From assembly GCF_009914755.1 (NCBI RefSeq), contig NC_060925.1: a DNA stretch of 64,000 nucleotides; one strand, written 5' to 3'. Origin of the DNA: the human T2T-CHM13v2.0 reference genome, Homo sapiens. A program made the position numbers and the translations under genes. The notes beneath the pieces are model-generated. The model ran no database searches. It was not told where the DNA came from and saw only the letters and a list, made by a program, of their open reading frames with translations. The stretch's first letter is position 1. Each line of letters begins with the position of its first letter. Below, piece by piece: positions 26,671-43,379 of the stretch.

Positions 26671-27989
26671 GTAAGTTGCTTGTCCACTTCTGCTAGCCAG
26701 CCCCTGAGAAGCCAGAGTCTCCACCATGACAATATCTTGCAATATGACATGGCTTTATATTGTTCCATTTTCTTTGGGAAAAGAGCCCATGTACCCCTGT
26801 GGATATTTTGGAGATATGTCACAAGTGGGTATCTCATATTCTCTAAAATTATCTGTTTCTTTTTCTCAATTATCTTTGCCATAAATATTTAGATGGTGTG
26901 TGGTTTTCCCAAGGCCTTGTCCGCAGCTCTCCATAGGTTGCTAGTAGCAACAGCATTCAACAAAGCTGTGAGAGTTCTCCCTGTGTTGTCTCTGCTTGCA
27001 GGCAGAACAGTAATTTGACAAGAAAGCTGGTACCATAGGTGATAAGTCATTAACTTAGAAATGATAATTCTCAAACTACCATTCTCTAGCATATTTACAC
27101 ATTGGGAAAGGGTGATAGTCCTTGCAATTGTCACTTTGTCCCTTTGTCTGGAATATCTATCACCCCCTTTTCAGCTTAACAAACTCCTACATATACTTCA
27201 GGACCCAGTTTAGATATTACCTCTTCTGTGGAACTCATCTTGACTGCTTGGGCAGAATTCCCACTTTTGTTTCCTTTAGATTGTTCATACCACTGCTCTC
27301 AGCATGTATCCAGTTACATGGTAATTGGCTATTTGTATGCCTCTTTCCCACCACATCCTCAGCTTCTACTCAGTGGCTAGCACCGAGTAGACGCTCAGTC
27401 ACATTCATTGATTAAATCTAAGTGTTGCTTTCATATAAGCTTAGGCTGTGTGATTTCATTTTAGGAAAACAAGAATGGTAGGGTAGTAAGATGGTTACCA
27501 AAACTTTAGTAAAGATTGCATTTGGGCTCTAAATGATACATTTTAACAGCCATTATTACATTATTAGATTATTACACAGCCTTATAGAGGAGCAGGTTAA
27601 GGCCCAGGGAGGTGAAGTGACATGCCCAAGTCCACGTAGTAGGGATGGATTTAGGATCAGAATCTAAGGTTTCTCTGTCCCAGTGCTTTCTCCCTTTAAA
27701 TACATGCTTTGTGTCTGAGTAGCTAAATTGGTTATAGCCTATGTTAATAAAGCAAAGTGAGGGTCAACACATTGATGAGGCATTTACTTTGCCCAGTTCC
27801 GTAGACTGTACCTAGATGCCAATGTTCCCAATGGCAATAGAGAAAGCATATGGATAGGAAAGCATATGGCAAGTGGAAAACCAACTCAAAGTCTGTGTGC
27901 TTTACATAGGGTAGCTCAGGGCGCCATCTAAGGAGGCCCACTGGACAAGCACTGGGCCAGTCACATTATTATCATTCCTTTGTTTCCAG

Positions 27990-28406
27990 TTATTCCAGAT
28001 ACCCTCTCTGCCACCATGAGTTCTCAGACTCTCGGTAAGGAGGAAGGTGAGCCATTAGCCCTCACCTGTGAGGCATCCAAAGCCACAGCCCAACATACTC
28101 ACCTCTCTGTCACCTGGTACCTAACACAGGATGGAGGAGGAAGCCAAGCCACTGAGATTATTTCTCTCTCCAAAGATTTTATATTGGTCCCTGGGCCCTT
28201 GTATACAGAGCGGTTTGCAGCCAGTGACGTACAGCTCAGCAAACTGGGACCCACTACATTCAGGCTGTCCATAGAGAGGCTCCAGTCCTCAGATCAGGGT
28301 CAGCTGTTCTGTGAGGCAACGGAATGGATTCAGGATCCAGATGAAACTTGGATGTTCATCACCAAAAAGCAGACCGATCAAACCACTCTGAGGATCCAGC
28401 CAGCAG
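27990..28406 (+). CDS. CD101: CD101 exon 3 (Ig V domain 2, EWI motif)
   Basis: ttccAG acceptor; 417 nt; contains LFCEATEWIQDPD (family-defining Glu-Trp-Ile); donor G|GTAATT. Confidence 0.97.
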
Positions 28407-28996
28407 GTAATTATCTTCCTACGAAATTCATTAATACACTAGTATTAGGTAGTGGGTATTTATGAGGTATGTTTTAATTTTTGTTCTAATCTTTTGTTGG
28501 CTCTAAAAAATTGGCTAGAAAGTTTGATTTAATTTTGTATTTTTGTCATCTGAGAAGCATAACTAAGAGGGAGCACATTCAGTTCTGGCTCTGCCCACGG
28601 ATTCTTTATGGGATAAGGTCTACTGAGTGGCTAGATCGATTCCACAAGCCAGTCATGGAAGTAGTTTTGTTACCATTTTTGCCAGTCTCTGTTCACACAT
28701 TATCTACATTATCTAATTTAGTCGTAACCACCACCCTATGAGGCAAGTAGTTGAGTCTCCATTTTAAAAATGAGGACTCTGAACTTCAGACATGCTAGAT
28801 GCGCTGCCTAAGCCCACCCAGCTGGTGAGAGTGGGGCTGGCATTCAAAGGGAGGCCTGTCTCTCTCCAAAGCCCACTCAGCACAGACAGCTGGGCCTCAA
28901 AGTAGCTCCAGTTTCCAACATGAAGCCTTGTCTTCGTCAGTGCTGGGGTTTCCTTCCACCTGCCCCCTTTCCCAACTTGGAATGCAGTGACTTTGC

Positions 28997-29147
28997 TTTT
29001 TTATTATTTTTTTAATTTTTAAATTTTTTTAAGGACAGGATCTTGCTATGTTCCCCAGGCTGGCCTTGAACTCCGGGGCTCAAGCAATCCTCCTGCCTTG
29101 GCCTCCCAAAGGGCTGGGATTTCAGGCGTGAGCCACCGCACCCAGCC
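28997..29147 (-). mobile_element. FLAM / Alu monomer
   Basis: tcttgctatgttccccaggctggccttgaactcc...gagccaccgcacccagcc. Confidence 0.85.
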
Positions 29148-29845
29148 TGCTGTTACTTTTCATAATCTTTTGGCATTTTTGTCAAAGCAAGTATAAAGGC
29201 CTTGTCTGTGATTCCTGGTCTCTATAGGCTTTTGTCCAACAGGAAGTGGTTGCTAAACCATATACTGTATATGCATTGCTAAAAGCAATGATCCAATAGT
29301 GGATCATTAAAGTTTTTTCTTTATTAAAAACAGTATTATTGTGTTCCACTAAAAATTGTCCTGTTGGCCTCAAGTATCCAAGTTATACTCATGAGTCCTA
29401 TGGAGCGATATCACATGTGCTTTTTAACTTCAGAAAATTCTGCTGGATATTCTTAGCCAAAAAAGAGAGTAAGAAATCACAATTTACAGCAATTTAGTGT
29501 AAAATATTTAATATATATATTTAATTCAGTATACAATATTTTATTTTTTAATTTAAAAAGCATACATTACTATATGTGTCATACATTTGTGCATACATCT
29601 TGCTTACTAAGAGTGCATTCAGAAAACCATGTGTACTGTCCTTTCTGGGTGATTTAAGGAAGAGTCATGAGCGTTTTTTACTCTAAGGATTTTGTTTTTT
29701 TTGGGTTTACCTACCACTATAGAATTGAACTCCCACATAAAATGTGATCCCTGTGACATCCTTACAGAGGGTGTCATCTCTCTCTGGTACTGAAAGGACA
29801 GAGGCTGTGGGCTCTCTAAATACCTGCCTTGCTTTTGTTTCCCAG

Positions 29846-30232
29846 TGAAAGATTTTCAAGTCAACATTACAGCTGACAGCTTGTTTGCTGAAGGGAAACC
29901 CTTAGAACTGGTTTGCCTGGTTGTAAGCAGTGGCCGTGACCCACAGCTTCAAGGCATTTGGTTCTTCAATGGGACTGAAATTGCTCACATTGATGCTGGT
30001 GGAGTCCTGGGCCTGAAGAATGACTACAAAGAGAGAGCAAGTCAAGGAGAGCTCCAGGTTTCAAAGTTAGGCCCCAAGGCTTTCTCTCTCAAGATCTTCT
30101 CTCTGGGCCCAGAGGATGAAGGCGCCTACAGATGTGTGGTAGCAGAGGTCATGAAAACACGCACAGGTTCCTGGCAGGTGCTTCAGAGAAAGCAGTCACC
30201 AGACAGCCACGTGCACCTGAGGAAGCCAGCAG
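29846..30232 (+). CDS. CD101: CD101 exon 4 (Ig V domain 3)
   Basis: cccAG acceptor; 387 nt; VKDFQVNIT...DEGAYRC...LRKPA; donor G|GTACGT. Confidence 0.97.
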
Positions 30233-30623
30233 GTACGTAAAGTCAAGGCCAGGCATGCATTGGGCTGCTTTCAGATGCCCCCTTGTCAGTGGAAGACCCC
30301 TTCGTGGATACAATGGGGATCTTCATGAAGAGCAGGTTTCAATCAGATCACATTGGAGGTGGAGTGGAGTGGAGTAAAGGAAGGCACCCAAACTAGCTGA
30401 AGACCCGAGTCCTATTCCTGAGTCATTAAGTAGTCTGTGACCATGAACACACCACTTTACGTCTCTAAGTCTCAGCTCCTTCATCTGTAAAATGATGGCA
30501 CACAACTAGATGGTCTTTAAGTTCCTTCTTGCTATCTTAGAGTCTATTTATTTTTTGTTCTAATTTTTATGTATTAGATATTTCTTAAAGCAGAGAACAT
30601 GTGTATTAATGAAGCCCTCTGCC

Positions 30624-30625
<2 letters not shown>

Positions 30626-30661
<36 letters not shown>
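30626..30661 (+). repeat. (TG)n microsatellite, ~18 units
   Basis: Perfect TG run in CD101 intron 4. Confidence 0.95.
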
Positions 30662-30662
<1 letters not shown>

Positions 30663-33008
30663 TATGAATAGGTTAAGAGTAAAAAGCTACACTTTGTCCT
30701 CCTTCCTGAGGAATGAACACCCGTGTTATCCTACCTTGAGACCCTGCCGGCATTTTTCAGTTGCCTTCTGTTAGTCTCCTACTATGTTGACCTGGTGTGG
30801 GAAATAGTACTTAGTCATAATTCTGACTCACAGTAAGAAATGAAGAGGTAATTGATAGTGGGCAGACTCCATCCTCTGCATTTTGCTGTGATGTGGTGAG
30901 ACGCCGGTCCAAATGGTTCTGAATGTCTGCATGCACGGAACTGAGGAAGCCACTCAGCTCACCTTTACTTTATGAAGGTTGGGTGACCTTAAACATGTTT
31001 GAATAATCAGTGCCTTTTGTGAAGAAAAACAGACATATCTGCAACTAATATAAGGATTCACTAGGCTGGGTTTAAATTCAAAGTCCAGAAAGATTAATTG
31101 CCCAAAAAAAATTTTTTTTAATGTTTTAAATTTTTAAAAACTGAGCTAAAAATAAAGGTGTCCTTGTTGCACTGGCTCATTGGAGACATCTCCAAAGATA
31201 GATAAATTTTCCTTTCATGTTCTCCAATATGCCATTTACTAGGAATGAAGATGCACCGATTTGGCCTTGAGTGGCAGGCCAGGAAGTGTGTTGGTGTTCG
31301 TTTTCACACTAAACATTTGGTCTGACTTTCTAGAATTAAGGAAAAACAATATAGGTGAGTTCACATATTTATGCAGAGATAAGTTTCTGCTTTATGCATC
31401 TCAGCCTTCTCTGGAACATATCTGCAGGCTTTTGTAAACCTGGTATGTGGGAATTTCACCTGAAGGGGAACTTCAGGGTACACAGCTGATAATCCTATCA
31501 ATAGGGTCATCTTCTAAAACTAAAAATAGTTCTTTGTATAGGCTGGAGTCTACACTGGGCTTACTATGTAGACACAGAAAAAGTTATTAGCAAATTTATT
31601 AAGGATCCTGTTTAGCATTCTGTTTTGAAAGTCAAACGTTACTTGAAGTATTAGCAACATTTTATCATTTATGAATATTTTAATCACTCATTACCATTGT
31701 GAATGTGTAACTTGCACACATTTCATAAGTTTATTACTTCTTACCAAAAGGCAGTAATGGCCACAATGAACTAAGGAAACATCATTTAAAAAAAAAATCA
31801 TTAGTTTAAACTAATCATCATGGTTATGTTAAAGTGGTGAATTTCCCCTCCAATTTTGAAACTTCAGTTATGAGTCTATTTTTAACTTGAAAAAAACTAA
31901 ATTTGAAAGCAGATTTGCTCTTTTTAAAAACATATTTATGGACATTAACCCTCATTCTCTCTTTGTTACTTATGTATATGTATGCATAAAACAGTCAAAG
32001 ATTGAACTCCTTCCTCCGCAGGGAAGAACAATTTGCAAATTCATTTAGATCCTATTTAGATTTCTAATGCCAGTTCTATTTTATTTTCCTCTTTTGCTTT
32101 GAATTACCTCTGCTTTTGCCAGAGCCTATCATTAAACACTAATGCTAGCAGCTAACCTTTACTAAGTACTTTCCCTAGCCATCCAGGCTAAGCTCTTTGT
32201 TCAGTCTTCATGTGCCATTTGTTCAGTCTTCTCAACAATGCAGCAAGGTGAGCACTATTATTATCTTCATTTTTACAGAAAAGAAAACTGTGGTCAAATA
32301 TGTTGCCCAGGGCAATTCTGACTCCAGGAGCCGTGGCCTTAAATTAGTGTTGGGCTGCCTAGAATGTACAATCTCCTGCTGTATCTCTACATTGCTCACA
32401 AAGCAACCAGGAAAGACCTTGCAGAATTCATGTTTGTTGAATAAATGCGTTTGTTGAATGATGACTTGAATTTCCCATCTGGGAGCCAGATTTACATTTA
32501 TGGTTTTACACTGTAGTTTAGACATAAGAAGCCTCTCTGTTTACAACAACGTGTGTTGTCGTACACCTTGTTGTACACGTTGTTGTACAACAACGTGTGT
32601 TGTAAACAGACACACATTTATATATATATATATTTATTTATATATATATATAAAATGTATATGTATATATACACGTATTTTCCCGCCAAGTAATTGTTTT
32701 TCATGGTAATATTGTGAACAGAGATATAATTAACAATGATGTTTCTTCCTCATTCAAAACACTTACTAAACCAATCAGATTGATTAGGGAAAGATAAGAA
32801 AGAGGAAGATTGTCTTGAACTCTGAAGGTCCGAATTCTAAAAAACTAAAAATTTAAATAAACACAGCTTTATTAGTTTCAGGCTCTTATATCTACCCTAA
32901 TTAATATACTAAAACATTACCAGATGTTTTGCCAACTAGATATTCTTAAGGAAGAGTTGATTTAACAAACAAATAAGAAATATGTGCAAGTGATAAATTG
33001 TTTAAGTA

Positions 33009-33296
33009 AGCTGGGTGCAGTGGCTCATGCCTGTAATCCCAGCCCTTTGGGAGGCTGAGACAGGAGGATCGCTTGAGGCCAGAAGTTCAACACCAGCCTA
33101 GGTAACAAAGAGAGACCGTATCTCTACAGAAAATTTAAAAATTAGCCAGCATGTTGGCACGTGCCTGTAGTCCCAGCTACTGAGGCACGAGGCAGGAGAA
33201 TTGCTTGAGCCAAGGAGTTTGAGGTTGCAGTGAGTTAAGATCACAGTGCTGTGTTCTAGCCTGCACAACAGAGCAAGACCCAGTCTTTAGAAATAA
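33009..33296 (+). mobile_element. AluJ
   Basis: ggaggatcgcttgaggcc and ttgagccaaggagtttgagg (J-type); TSD ataaattgtttaag. Confidence 0.9.
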
Positions 33297-33521
33297 ATAA
33301 ATTGTTTAAGGGTGAATACATCCTCCGATATTCTTTCTGCTATCTTGTTTCCACTATTTAAGGTTTGGCAAATCTTTTGCCTGAGGGTGGTGCAAGAGGA
33401 AACAGCCCAATTTGACTTGTCACAAACTAGTCAAGTCCTAATTAATGAAATTTCACTGTATTTTAGAACATTTCTTATTTACCTAAAACAGTTTTGTTCT
33501 TCTATAATCTGTAACTCACAG

Positions 33522-33905
33522 CAAGAAGTGTGGTCGTGTCTACCAAGAACAAGCAGCAAGTTGTGTGGGAAGGAGAGACACTCGCCTTTCTCTGTAAGGC
33601 TGGTGGAGCTGAAAGTCCCCTGTCTGTGAGCTGGTGGCACATCCCACGGGACCAGACACAGCCCGAGTTTGTGGCTGGCATGGGGCAGGATGGCATTGTG
33701 CAGCTGGGTGCCTCCTATGGGGTACCCAGTTACCATGGCAACACAAGGCTGGAGAAAATGGACTGGGCCACCTTCCAGCTGGAGATCACCTTCACTGCCA
33801 TCACAGACAGTGGCACATATGAGTGCAGAGTATCTGAGAAGTCTCGGAACCAGGCCAGAGATCTGAGCTGGACTCAGAAGATTTCAGTTACTGTAAAGTC
33901 TCTGG
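33522..33905 (+). CDS. CD101: CD101 exon 5 (Ig V domain 4)
   Basis: cacAG acceptor; 384 nt; ARSVVVSTK...DSGTYEC...VTVKSL; donor G|GTAAGT. Confidence 0.97.
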
Positions 33906-34587
33906 GTAAGTGTCAAAGGAAGTCCTTTTCTGCACCTGTATATCACTCAATTCATTCTGCAGTGGAACTGGATTGCGTGTTATCCTGAATCCCCCAGTGA
34001 TGGTATGTGTACCCTAGGACACAGAGCTAGTCTCTGGCTACCCTCTCTGTCAATTAATCTTTAAAGATTCTTCATTTTTGTAAAGATCATCTTTAGAGTG
34101 CAACTTGTAAATTGTTGTTCAAGGTTAAAAACAAAATCCTATGGATCAGCTTATAGACGAGTATAGCTGAGCCTCTTACCTTCTGGCTTTTGACAGCTGT
34201 GGCCCTGGGATTGCAGAGCCCATTGAAGCATGTGCAAAAGGGTTCTGATACTGAACCCACGCATGGGGGTAAGGGAAGGAGGCCAGACGACTAGGGTGGG
34301 GAGTGCTCCACCCACTCAGCAGCAGCTGTCTAAGTAGCAGATTGGAGAAACACTGCCTATTTGTTGTGGCTGCTGGGAACAGTCTTAGAAAAGGATCAAC
34401 TTTGCAAAATTGAGGTCACAGTTCAGGACAGACTGTACTGGGAATCAATTTCTACTCTATAAAATAGGAAACTCCAAATGTACAAATGCATGGTCCTAGT
34501 CAAAGAGGTGGCAACTAGAAAAACTTGAAAGTGCTATATTTTAATCTGGTAAATATATTAGAAATTCTGTTTCATTTTTCTGTCTAG

Positions 34588-34992
34588 AGTCAAGTTTACA
34601 AGTTAGTCTGATGAGCCGTCAGCCGCAAGTGATGTTAACCAACACCTTTGACCTGTCCTGTGTCGTGAGGGCCGGTTACTCTGACCTCAAGGTGCCACTC
34701 ACTGTGACGTGGCAGTTCCAGCCAGCTAGCTCTCACATCTTCCACCAGCTTATTCGAATCACCCACAATGGCACTATTGAATGGGGGAATTTCCTATCCC
34801 GGTTCCAAAAGAAGACGAAAGTGTCGCAGTCTTTATTTCGTTCACAACTCCTAGTCCATGATGCCACTGAGGAAGAGACAGGAGTGTATCAGTGTGAAGT
34901 AGAAGTTTATGACAGAAATTCCCTATACAACAACCGCCCCCCGAGGGCTTCTGCCATCTCTCACCCACTGAGGATAGCCGTCACTTTACCAG
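34588..34992 (+). CDS. CD101: CD101 exon 6 (Ig V domain 5)
   Basis: tctAG acceptor; 405 nt; ESSLQVSLMSRQPQ...ETGVYQC...AVTLP; donor G|GTAAGT. Confidence 0.97.
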
Positions 34993-36675
34993 GTAAGTGT
35001 GACTTGAAATTAATCCCTGTTTTAAAAACAAACAAATAGCAATCCTCCCATTTTGGGTAAGTTATAACAATAAAACATAAAATACTTTCTCCCATATTTG
35101 TTCTATCTAAGTAAGCACCACATGATGAATGATACCCAGGTTAACATTGAGTTAGTATGCATGGGTTGGCCATACTGGTTGTTAAAACATTGAAATACCT
35201 TCCATGCTGGCTAATTGCTGCTCTCTACCCATTCCCCATTTTCCCCTAAGTTCCCACCACCCAGCAACTAAAGGGTACCACGTGGCACAGCAGGGGGCCT
35301 CTAGGACCTGGCTAGAGGGGAGAAGAAATGTTTTGGATTAGTCACTGTCCAGGCCTTACCAGTTAGTAAACATTTGCAGTGTCTCTGCTAGTGGTAGGGA
35401 TAAGGTAAATTCCACTGGAATACATCCACCTACTTCTTTGTAAGGTGTTAATGTATAAGAGTCAGAGAATTTATTATTACAATCAAATATAATCCATCTC
35501 ATCAACTGATAATAGAGCATAGGAGTTAAAAGTGAGATACTACCTAGGCAAAGTTCTGCTGTGTCATGTATCTTCTCTCTTATAGTTTGCATTCTCTTAG
35601 GAAGAGTGATGGAGAGACGTTGGAGTCATTTAGATCTGACAGTCACTGGATAGCAGAACAGCTTTGGATGAGACACTTAATCTGCTGAAGCCTTAGTTAC
35701 CTGATCTGTAAATTGTTAATGTGCAATTTAAATATGGTGACATATATAACATGCCGAGTACCTGACACACCAAGATGACGCTCAAACGTGGTCACTGTCA
35801 TTATTCTCTCTGCTGCTGTGCAACATTTTTGGTAATAGTAATGATCCCCTTGTTCATGAATTCATGCTTAATTAATTTGTCCTCTCTGTGGTATTTGCAA
35901 TTGCTGCCCCAATCTGTCTTCTTGAAACTTCTTTTTTCCTTGGCACCATGACACAAGATTTTCATTTTCTCCTCCACTGATTTATTCTTTAAAGAAAACA
36001 GTTTCTCTGGATTCTATTCTTAGCTTTGTTCTCTTTTCATTCTATACGCTCTCCTGCAGTGGACTCGTCCCTACCCATGGATACAAGCTGTATGTTCACA
36101 ACTCCCACATTCATTATCTTGACCAATTTCTCTTCTGATCTCCAGACTCGTATATCCAGCTGTCTCCAAGACATGCCTGCACTCATTATGTCAAAACATA
36201 AACCCACCATTATCATCCAAAGCTCTTTCTTCTGCATTGCCCCTTATGTCCCCACTCCTCACCAGTGACCCAAGTTGAAAACCTGAGTCATCACAACTCT
36301 TATGTTCACCTTGTATCTAAACTCCCACAGTGTGACATGCAAGGTCCTTTATCATCTGGTACATTTGTGTCTTTCCAGCATCATCTCCTTCAACTTTCCA
36401 TCGTGAATTTGAGCTTCAGCCACACTGAATTACTGGCAGCTCCTCAATTGTCCATGTTCCCTCTCACTCTCAAAGTCTTTGATCTAGTTGCATCTTTTGT
36501 GTGGCAATCCTTAACCTCTTCTCCATCGGAATAATTCCTATAAACCCTTAAGACTCAGCTCAGAATTATCTCCTCCAGGAAGTCTCCCCTCACTCCTGTA
36601 TTTGGGCTAGGAGACCCTGCTGTGTGCTCAGATAGGCACTTCTATATACCTCTGTCTTACATGAGGGACATGAGG

Positions 36676-37127
<452 letters not shown>

Positions 37128-38004
37128 CATCTCTAAGCCTCTGTCCCTGCACTTGTCTCCCTCTAGAGTGTGAGCCACTGAGGGAAGATATCCACAGGGC
37201 CTGGAATTGTCTGGCACATAATATAGTGTGTGCTTCATAAATATTTGTTGAAGGAAGAGTAAAGGGACCTATGGGCAACATCAATAAGCAGTTAAAAAAG
37301 TAGAGTGGGTGATGTCAGCAAGATGCTAGAAGAAGATTTGGGAACAAGGATTGTCACTCATCTTTCTGACAAAGCAGAAAAGCTGCTGGGGTCAAAGATT
37401 AGTTGGCTCCATATCTATACAATGTTCCCACAGTTAAGTGACTGCAAAGACACACACAGTTTTAATCACTCATGTACAACTTCCTTTTGTTTACCCACGT
37501 TTGAAGGCAGATACAACTAGAGTTTGGAAATTGTGAATCCAGAAGTACTCTGCATAGTAAACACACAAACACAGCATTAATAGGGCCACTTTCTCCCAAT
37601 CTGATACATGAAATATGACAGAAGAGATGCTTGTGCTTAAATACCGAAGCAGTATCATGTGGAAGAGAGATACTGGGCTTGTCTGTGTGACACTCCCTCT
37701 GCCACACCACCCCTACCAAGCACAGGTAGCACTAGGACTAGTGGATGGAAGTTATGAAGAGATAAAGTTCAACTTGATATCAGAAAGCATTCTGGAGGGG
37801 CAGAGCTGTCCAGAGATGAAATGGGCTGCCTTGTCAGCTAGTGATGCTGTTCAAAAGCTGTATGAGCAGTGAGTGGGGCTACTGTAGAGGGAGTTCACCC
37901 ATATGATGGCGGGAGGATGCAGTGTCATACTTGACCTCTAATGTCTCTACTACCTTAACTTTCTATTTCATAGCAAAGTAACTGTTTCATTTTTTTAAAT
38001 TTAG

Positions 38005-38415
38005 AGAGCAAGCTAAAAGTGAATTCAAGGAGTCAAGTCCAAGAGCTCTCCATCAACTCCAACACTGATATAGAATGTAGCATCTTGTCCCGGTCCAATG
38101 GAAACCTTCAGTTAGCCATTATTTGGTATTTTTCTCCTGTTTCCACTAATGCCTCTTGGCTAAAGATCCTGGAGATGGACCAAACCAATGTTATAAAAAC
38201 TGGGGATGAGTTTCACACCCCACAGAGAAAACAAAAATTTCATACTGAGAAGGTTTCCCAAGACTTATTTCAGCTGCACATTCTGAATGTGGAAGACAGC
38301 GATCGGGGCAAATATCACTGTGCTGTGGAGGAATGGCTCCTGTCTACAAATGGCACTTGGCACAAGCTTGGAGAAAAGAAGTCAGGACTAACAGAATTGA
38401 AACTCAAGCCCACAG
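38005..38415 (+). CDS. CD101: CD101 exon 7 (Ig V domain 6)
   Basis: tttAG acceptor; 411 nt; ESKLKVNSRSQ...DRGKYHCAVEEW...LKPT; donor G|GTAAAC. Confidence 0.97.
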
Positions 38416-39842
38416 GTAAACCTTGCGAGTGTATCCTCACAATGTCTGTCTGTCTGACGGCTGTTTTCTCTTGGGCAGCTGTTCTATGGAGTGATTATGT
38501 GGAAGTAAAAATATGACCTAAAGTCATAGGAACAGTATCTACCTACACATGACTGCAAGACCGAGTAGTCCACCAAAGGAGGGGAGGTCACTTAAGGCAA
38601 TCCAATCTGAGGTTTTGGGGAGCTGAGGTAGGAGCAATATCCCTTTGATTGGTTTGCTTCTCAACCTGGCAGCCTGGTCTGTGCAGCTACCCAGGGTATC
38701 GTATCTCCAGATCTCTATCATAACAAGCTGTGTCATTCCAGTGGGGCTCTACTGTAATTTGGCAGAGAAAGAGTAATACGAAGCATATTTCTCCCACTGT
38801 GAACAGAAACTGTACAACTCTATGGGGATGTGTGGAGAAATTGCTTCTCAACATTTAGCTGCCTAAACATAAGGCAAATAAGAGTAGTTAACTGTTGGAA
38901 TGGCTTACTGAGGGAGTCTCCTCTTCCTCAGGAGATCTTTAAAAATGTAATGGAAGTTCCGCACTGGTCTAAGAGTGCCACTGTCTAAATGTGGGCAGGG
39001 TTGATTAGGTCTCTCAGCATAGGTTAGGTCACTTCCAGTGTTGATTAAAATTAAATGAATGTCACAGCCAAGGTTCAGGAACTGGCCAAGATCCTACAGC
39101 ACAATGCAGAGAAGTTGATCTAATTTGGTGCTTGAAATACTATTTTCAAGGTAACGCTAAAAAAAAATTAGATGATAATTGAGCATTACTATGTGTTAGG
39201 CAGTGGAATACAAAGATAAAGAAGGCACAGCCCTGGCCCTTAAGGAGCTCCCAGTCTGGTGGGACAACAAGGGCAGAACAGCAGCTTGGTTTGGGGTCTC
39301 TTCCTGCCCTCTGGCTTCCCTTCTGTATGTTCTTCAAGCCCCTTCTTCTCCCTGCTAAATGTGTGTGTTCCTCAGGGATAGATCCTGGGCCTGTTTTGCT
39401 TCTTATTCTCTGCTTTCCTCAGAATTTCTTAAACACTGCCCTGGTTTCAACTACCACCTTCTAGATGATAACTCTGAGATTTTGTGCTTAGCCCTGATCT
39501 CCTGAGCTCCAAGCCTTCATACCCAACTGCCTGCTGTACATTTCTACTTGGATGCCCCCATACTCAGCATGCCCTAAATTGCACTTAGCATCTCTGCCAT
39601 CTCACCATGCTCATTTGCACTTCTGCATTTCCCATCTGTGTGATTGGCATTCTGTCTCCCAGTCATCCACACCAAACTCTTGACCACATGTGCATGGCCG
39701 TCTTCAGGAGGCAGCCACTGCTTAGCTCAAGTGCTTCCCATGTAGAAATGTGGGCTCCGTGTTGTCAGATCTTTTTGCATATCTAGAGATGCCTAAAATC
39801 TTTTTTGGTGACATCTCCCAGTTTGAGAATGTCCACAACTAA

Positions 39843-40233
<391 letters not shown>

Positions 40234-40626
40234 TAGGGAACAAGTTAACCAAGAGGCCCCAGAAAGATGCTGAGAATGACTGGTCAGAGTTGTAAGGGGG
40301 ATATTTTCTCTGAGGTTGGAAGAAAAGAAGTCAATTTCAAGGAGAAATTGGACTCCAGTAACAAAAACCACATAGAGGACAGAAAAGGACTAGAGGGTCC
40401 CTTGAACTGGGAAATTGGGCCCTGGCCAAGTAAAGTGATGGGATTGGAAGCCAGATCACAATAAAGTAGGAAGTAATTTGAGACAAGGAAACAGCAACAG
40501 TATTCCATGTGCTAATATTCCACGTGCTACTCCATGAAGGAAAGGGGAGAGTAAAAATGGTAACTAAGAAAGAGTCCAAGATCAGACAGAATTATTCTCT
40601 TAAAGACAGATTAATAAATGTGTTTG

Positions 40627-41030
<404 letters not shown>

Positions 41031-41498
41031 CTAAATCCTCACCTGCTGGTTAGCAAGGGGAAAAAAAGTAAATGTCAAAATCTCTTTAAAACTCAGTCTA
41101 ATCCAATCATCTAAATAGCTCCCATGGATGGCCTTCTAACACTTGCATCAAAATGTTCAGTCTCTTGGATGGCGTCCTCTCTCTCTGCGTTTACACCCAA
41201 GATAATATCTGGGTGTATGGGAGGAGAGTAATTTGCTAAGAATGAGGGGTACTGGTGGAATACATGGCTTGAGGGAGCTGCTAAAAGTTGTGAATGACCA
41301 CTTTGGGAAGTAGAGGAGGAGTGAATCAAGGGTAAGTAAAAGCAGCAGGCAGAGGGCCCTGCAGAAGCTGTGTAGTTTTCAATGGCAGGGTCCAGCAGGC
41401 AAGCAGTTGGGCTAAAGAAGGAAAGAGGCTGGTTTGATTCCTAGCAGAGAATGTCCTGGCAAATGTGAGAGAAAAACAGGGACCAAGGACAAGAATTA

Positions 41499-43214
<1,716 letters not shown>

Positions 43215-43379
43215 CTGGAAAGAAAACATTAAAAATTGAGTGGCCTTCGTATTCTTCAGAAAACCTTTGTCATGACAAACTGAGGGTTTTGAGGGTAATT
43301 AATGTTGAGGATTTCCAAGGAAATCCCTGTAATGTACCTTCTGGGCTCCTCCACCTGGCTGTTCCTTCCTGGTAGTCAG

